From a bacterium (GTDB lineage Bacteria > JBHIER01 > G020348925): a stretch of 29,612 nt of DNA. Shown in pieces: positions 25,231-29,612 of the stretch; within the stretch, counting starts at the first letter, position 1, and the number at the start of each line of letters is the position of its first letter. Where the stretch lies: assembly GCA_046760705.1 (NCBI GenBank), contig JBHIER010000001.1, positions 1-29,612 on the forward strand. The letters are read 5' to 3'. Made by a program: the position numbers and the translations under genes. The notes under the pieces are model-generated. The model was not told the origin of the DNA, searched no databases, and saw nothing but the letters and a program-made list of their open reading frames with translations.

Positions 25231-28200
25231 ATGAGATCGAAAGTGTTATTTCTCGCTGTGGTTCTGGTGGCTTTTATCGCTGTGGCTGGTAGCCAGGCCC
25301 AACAAGCGGTCCTCTCAGTCAGAGGCGGTTCCGGTACACCGGGTAGTGTGGGCAACCTCGTCCAGATTGACCTGGATAATACTGAAGTGGGAGATATTTA
25401 TGCTTTACAGTTCGATTTGGGCTATGATTCGAAAGTGCTATCTATCGCAAATATTTCCCGGACCGTAAGGACTGATTCGAGTTCTATTTATGATGTATTT
25501 GAATGGCGGGTGATGACCGGAGGTATTGTGCGGTTTGCCATCGTAAAAATTGAGCCCGGAATTATGGCTGGCACCGGCTCTATCGCTGACATTTTTTTCG
25601 ATGTGGACGATGAGGCAGTCCCCGGAGAGTATCCATTAGTTCTATCAAACGTTATCCTTGCGGATTGCTCGGGTATTGAAGTATCAGTAACTACAAGCGA
25701 CGGGATTTTTATCATCTCCGGAGGCACGGGATTGCGGGTCGTAGGGACGTCGGGGAGTCCGGGGAGTGAGGGTAATGAAGTCTCCATCCGCCTCTACAAC
25801 GAGAAAGCATTATCCGAGCTCTCTTTCACCCTCAACTTTGACTCAGCGGGTCTCTCTCTCAGGAACGTTCTGCCCACCGATCGAACACAGCAGTTGGATC
25901 ATTTCGACTGGAGCCTGCCCGATCCCGGAAGGGCCAGGCTCTCTATTCAGGGCTCTGAGGGGCAGACCATCCCCTTTGGTTCAGGTGCTATTGCAAGCTT
26001 CCTTTTCTCCGTAGCTACCCAAGTCTACTCCGGCCAGTACCTTTTGACGCTCTCAGAGGTGTCGGCACGCGACTCGGTCGGAGAGACGGTTAATGTCATA
26101 TCATCAGACGGGACATTCACCGTCTACGGCGGGATCGAACCAGACATTGACCTTTCAGAGTCGAGGCATGACTTTTATGAAGTGTTGGTCGGCGACACTG
26201 CTTCATGGGATCTGACCATCTACAACCGTGGGCGGAGCGACCTGGATGTCGTCACCATAACCTCCAGTTCGGCTGAGTTTAGGCCCCTGGGACAACAATT
26301 CCATAGAATAATACCACCGGGAGACAGCTTAGATGTGACCGTGACCTTCACCCCAACCGATGAAGGGCAAAAGGAGGGAGCCCTTACAATATATTGCAAC
26401 GATCCGGATGAACCGGAGCAATCCGTCTCACTGAAAGGGACGGGAATACTTGAGGGAAAAGTTCTGTTAAGCGTAGAGGACAAAGCTGGTTATCCAGGCC
26501 ACAAGGATCTTCCTGTACCTGTGAAACTGGACAATACGGTCCGGATCAGGGAGTGCTCCTTCGCCCTCAATTACGATACCACCTCTATCGCATTTACCTA
26601 TGTCGGATGGATGGAGCGGGTGGCTTCCATGCCGAGGCGATGCAGCGAACCCTCCCCAGGTAAGGTTGAAGTTTTCCTGTCGGACACGACCGATCGGATG
26701 ATTCAGCCAGGCAGTGGGCCCATTCTTTATATCTGCTTTGATATTTTGGGGCGGGCTCTGCCCGGGGTGACACCTGTAACGCTCTCAGACATCTTGTTTC
26801 TAAGAGCCGATGGAGACACCCTCGATGTTGATACTGAGGATGGAGAGGTACGAGTCCTCGAGGCTCAGCCGGATATCGTCGTTCCCGATACCAGCCACAA
26901 TTTTGGATACTGCCTCGTAGGAGACACAGTCAGGTGGGACTTGGCCTTTTATAACAAGGGCCACGGAAACCTCACTGTGGATTCTGTTGTTACTGATGAC
27001 AGTTGTTTCGCTATCGAGAGAGCATCATTTCCTCAGAATATCTTCTCAGGAGAAAGTCTACCCGTAACTGTCATTTTCACGCCTCAAGCTGAGGGCTCTG
27101 TTTCAACCCTGCTCTTCGTATTCAGCAACGATCCCGACGAGGAGCAGGTGATTCTCACTCTATACGGGCATGGGCTGTTTGAACTACCTGCCCTTCTGAC
27201 CCTATCTGAGGGTGCCGGACTGCCAGGCGATTCAGGTGCTGTCGTTGCTCTCCATTTGTCCAACAGTATTGATATTGCATTAGTGGAGCTTGATCTTCTC
27301 TTCGACACAGCCTCTTTGGTAGTCTTAGATGTCCAACGGACCCCGCGAACTTCCTCACTGGTCTTGGAAATCTTCGACTGGGCATCGACCGAAGATGGCA
27401 TACGGATTGCTATTTCGGGTACAGATCGGTTCATCCCGACCGGTGCCGGGGTTATCGCTGAGTTGGTTTTTAAGGTCGCCTCGGATACTGCTCCCAATCA
27501 ATATCCACTTCGGTTAGAGAATATCATCGTTTCCGACCCCTCCGGGTTTGAACTCCCCTGGCGAGCTGAAGACGGCAGCTTCACCGTGGCCGCCCAGGCA
27601 GCCCTGCGTATTGGGAACAGCTCCGGTGCTCCCGGCAGTGCGGACAACGTCGTGCCGATAGAGCTGATGAACGAGCGGGCTCTGAGCCGGCTTCAGTTCA
27701 CGGTACATTATCCCGATTCAGTGATGCGCTGGAGCAAAATTGTAGCTACCGGTCGGCTGTTGAACGGAACGGTTATCCATACCGATTATCAGGAGGGGAT
27801 GCTTAGTTTAAACATTGAAAGTCCGGAGGGAGGTACCATCCCAGCCGGAAGCGGGAGGATTTTGGAGCTCTGGTTTCACGTGGGGATAAATGCAGCTTCC
27901 GGTCTGTATGCTCTCCATCTTTCCGGTGCTACGGCATCTGATTCCGTGGGCGTCCCTGTGGAGGTTAGCCTCCTTCATGGAAATTTTACCGTAGGGTTTG
28001 GGGATATTGATCTCTCGGCCTACGAGCACGATTTCGGTGAGGTATCTCTTGGCGATACGGCCTTCTGGTCGTTCACCATGTTCAATAGGGGATGGATTGA
28101 TCTAAAAGTCTTCGACATTGTCTCCAGTGATCCCAATTTCATCGTCATCCTTCCTCTCTTTCCGGAAACTGTTCTAGCGGGGAGCCAACTTCCTGTGGTT

Positions 28201-29612
28201 GTTGCTTTTGCTCCGACAGAGCTCGGCTCGAGCGCCGGGACCCTGGCTGTATTGAGCGACGATCCCGATGAGGAAACTTTGTTTGTCAGACTCTCCGGCA
28301 GTGCCAAAGAGCCCCACATCGAGCTCTCAGTCAACGAGATCGATTTTGGGGATGTCGAGGTGTGTGCATCTGTCAGGAGAATGTTCACAATATCCAATGT
28401 CGGTGTGGGCGATTTAATTGTGACGAGCCTGTCCTCGGATAACCCCGCCTTTCGTGTGACATCCCCTTCCTTTCCCCAGAGCATCGCCGCAGGATCTGAG
28501 ATTGATGTGGTCGTTGTCTTTAGCCCTGATAGACTGGATATGTATTCTGGAACCATTGAGATTTCAAGTGATGACCCGGACGAACCGCTCATTCTACTCC
28601 CGGTCACAGGAAGAGGTGTCTTTGGAGAACCAAGTTTGAGAGTGGGGAAGACGTACGGAATGTTCAGCGACACAAATTGGGTTTCAGTCTCGCTGAAGAA
28701 TGACAGACCGGTCTCCCAGGTCCACTTCAGCGTCAACTATGACGACAATTGTTTGATTCCTCTCGATGTCGTCCCAACCTCCAGAACAGCCCCTTTATCG
28801 CATCTATCCTTTCAGGAATTGGAACCTGGCCGCCTCTCAGTCCATCTTGCCGACGATGGTGGGCGGCTCATCGGCCAAGGTTCTGGGGAGATCCTCAACC
28901 TCGGTTTCGAGTGGAGACCGGGTGAGTGTGATTCGAACCTGAGGGTGAATCTGAGCGATGTCTCTGTATTGGATGATCTTAACCAGGAGATCGATATCGC
29001 CTCAGAGGATGGCAAATTCTTTGTCGTTCCCTTCGAAGACAACCGTCTCTTCGTGGGAGATGCTTCCTTCGATGGAGTGATGCCTCTCATTCTTTCTAAT
29101 GTGACGAGCGTGGCTGCCCTGCAAGCCGATCTCCTTTTCGATACAACCATACTTCGAGTGAAAGAGGTCAAGAAAACACCAAGATCCTTGTATTTTGGCA
29201 TCTTCAGTTGGAGTTCCATAGACCGCGGTATAAGAGTGGCCATGACGAGCGAGCATTATTTCGGACCTGGCGTCGGTTCTATCGCTGATATGACTTTTGA
29301 GAGGTTACAAACTCCACCATCCTGCAGTGTTCCGGTAATTGTATCAAACGTTGTATTGGCCGATCCTCTGGGTACCGAGATACCGGTAACCATGGGACAG
29401 GGTACATTTGTAGCTTCTGGAGAGGCACGATTGAAAGCAGGGGACGGAAGCGGGTTTCCTGGAGACGCAGAACGTGCGATAACAATCTTTCTGTCCAATA
29501 CCCTTGACGCGGCCTCAATCGAATTTGACCTGGGCTATGATTCGGACGTTCTACAAGTAACTCAGACTCTACCTACCTCGAGAACAGGACACATGGGTCT
29601 ATTCCAATGGCA
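25231..29612 (+). CDS. Large secreted scaffoldin-like protein with at least 8 cohesin-like and 4 Ig-like (choice-of-anchor D / ASH-type) modules; runs off the window end
   Basis: Frame +1 was read codon by codon from ATG 25231 to the end with no stop (1460 codons). Signal peptide MRSKVLFLAVVLVAFIAVAGSQA. Cohesin-like repeats G.PG...V.I.L.N.....F.L.YD...L...R......G.G.I....F.V.....G.Y.L.L..V...D..G......DG.F.V; Ig repeats H/IDFG.V.VG....I.N.G..DL.V...F.P...G....S.DPDE. Confidence 0.9.
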   Translation, partial: MRSKVLFLAVVLVAFIAVAGSQAQQAVLSVRGGSGTPGSVGNLVQIDLDNTEVGDIYALQFDLGYDSKVLSIANISRTVRTDSSSIYDVFEWRVMTGGIVRFAIVKIEPGIMAGTGSIADIFFDVDDEAVPGEYPLVLSNVILADCSGIEVSVTTSDGIFIISGGTGLRVVGTSGSPGSEGNEVSIRLYNEKALSELSFTLNFDSAGLSLRNVLPTDRTQQLDHFDWSLPDPGRARLSIQGSEGQTIPFGSGAIASFLFSVATQVYSGQYLLTLSEVSARDSVGETVNVISSDGTFTVYGGIEPDIDLSESRHDFYEVLVGDTASWDLTIYNRGRSDLDVVTITSSSAEFRPLGQQFHRIIPPGDSLDVTVTFTPTDEGQKEGALTIYCNDPDEPEQSVSLKGTGILEGKVLLSVEDKAGYPGHKDLPVPVKLDNTVRIRECSFALNYDTTSIAFTYVGWMERVASMPRRCSEPSPGKVEVFLSDTTDRMIQPGSGPILYICFDILGRALPGVTPVTLSDILFLRADGDTLDVDTEDGEVRVLEAQPDIVVPDTSHNFGYCLVGDTVRWDLAFYNKGHGNLTVDSVVTDDSCFAIERASFPQNIFSGESLPVTVIFTPQAEGSVSTLLFVFSNDPDEEQVILTLYGHGLFELPALLTLSEGAGLPGDSGAVVALHLSNSIDIALVELDLLFDTASLVVLDVQRTPRTSSLVLEIFDWASTEDGIRIAISGTDRFIPTGAGVIAELVFKVASDTAPNQYPLRLENIIVSDPSGFELPWRAEDGSFTVAAQAALRIGNSSGAPGSADNVVPIELMNERALSRLQFTVHYPDSVMRWSKIVATGRLLNGTVIHTDYQEGMLSLNIESPEGGTIPAGSGRILELWFHVGINAASGLYALHLSGATASDSVGVPVEVSLLHGNFTVGFGDIDLSAYEHDFGEVSLGDTAFWSFTMFNRGWIDLKVFDIVSSDPNFIVILPLFPETVLAGSQLPVVVAFAPTELGSSAGTLAVLSDDPDEETLFVRLSGSAKEPHIELSVNEIDFGDVEVCASVRRMFTISNVGVGDLIVTSLSSDNPAFRVTSPSFPQSIAAGSEIDVVVVFSPDRLDMYSGTIEISSDDPDEPLILLPVTGRGVFGEPSLRVGKTYGMFSDTNWVSVSLKNDRPVSQVHFSVNYDDNCLIPLDVVPTSRTAPLSHLSFQELEPGRLSVHLADDGGRLIGQGSGEILNLGFEWRPGECDSNLRVNLSDVSVLDDLNQEIDIASEDGKFFVVPFEDNRLFVGDASFDGVMPLILSNVTSVAALQADLLFDTTILRVKEVKKTPRSLYFGIFSWSSIDRGIRVAMTSEHYFGPGVGSIADMTFERLQTPPSCSVPVIVSNVVLADPLGTEIPVTMGQGTFVASGEARLKAGDGSGFPGDAERAITIFLSNTLDAASIEFDLGYDSDVLQVTQTLPTSRTGHMGLFQW

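Noticed and set aside
25488-29518. Many short minus-strand ORFs in the last 4 kb of the ORF track
   Set aside because: All are shadows of the uninterrupted plus-frame multi-cohesin gene

Overview
Bacterial chromosomal window, probably from an uncultured FCB-superphylum-like lineage (inferred from a Bacteroidetes-type short sigma70 paralogue and a cohesin/Ig surface protein). No rRNA, tRNA, CRISPR array, integrase or transposase was seen. In order: (i) a membrane-anchored hypothetical gene divergent from a secreted amylo-alpha-1,6-glucosidase-like hydrolase, both with near-consensus sigma70 promoters; (ii) a NYN-domain gene with a Zn-ribbon gene, then a DIP1984-like coiled-coil gene; (iii) an ECF sigma / zinc anti-sigma / secreted TPR-HEAT / second HEAT operon whose last gene is frameshifted and partly duplicated, with an inverted PIN toxin-antitoxin pair between the copies; (iv) a minus-strand block (Mut7-C, PolX, DUF488, 5-FCL-like, Zn-finger protein, degenerate MntA/HepT, radical SAM, HhH-GPD); (v) a chaperone locus hsp20-dnaK-short sigma70-FmdB-like-clpB with a textbook sigma54 promoter and no CIRCE, grpE or dnaJ; (vi) a >1460-codon ORF absent from the supplied ORF track (25231 to the window end, no stop) encoding a secreted scaffoldin-like protein with at least 8 cohesin-like and 4 Ig-like modules. 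The best leads are the multi-cohesin protein, the possible sigma54-to-sigma70 stress cascade, and the ECF-HEAT envelope-sensing system. All family calls come from motif recognition by eye; no database searches were run.
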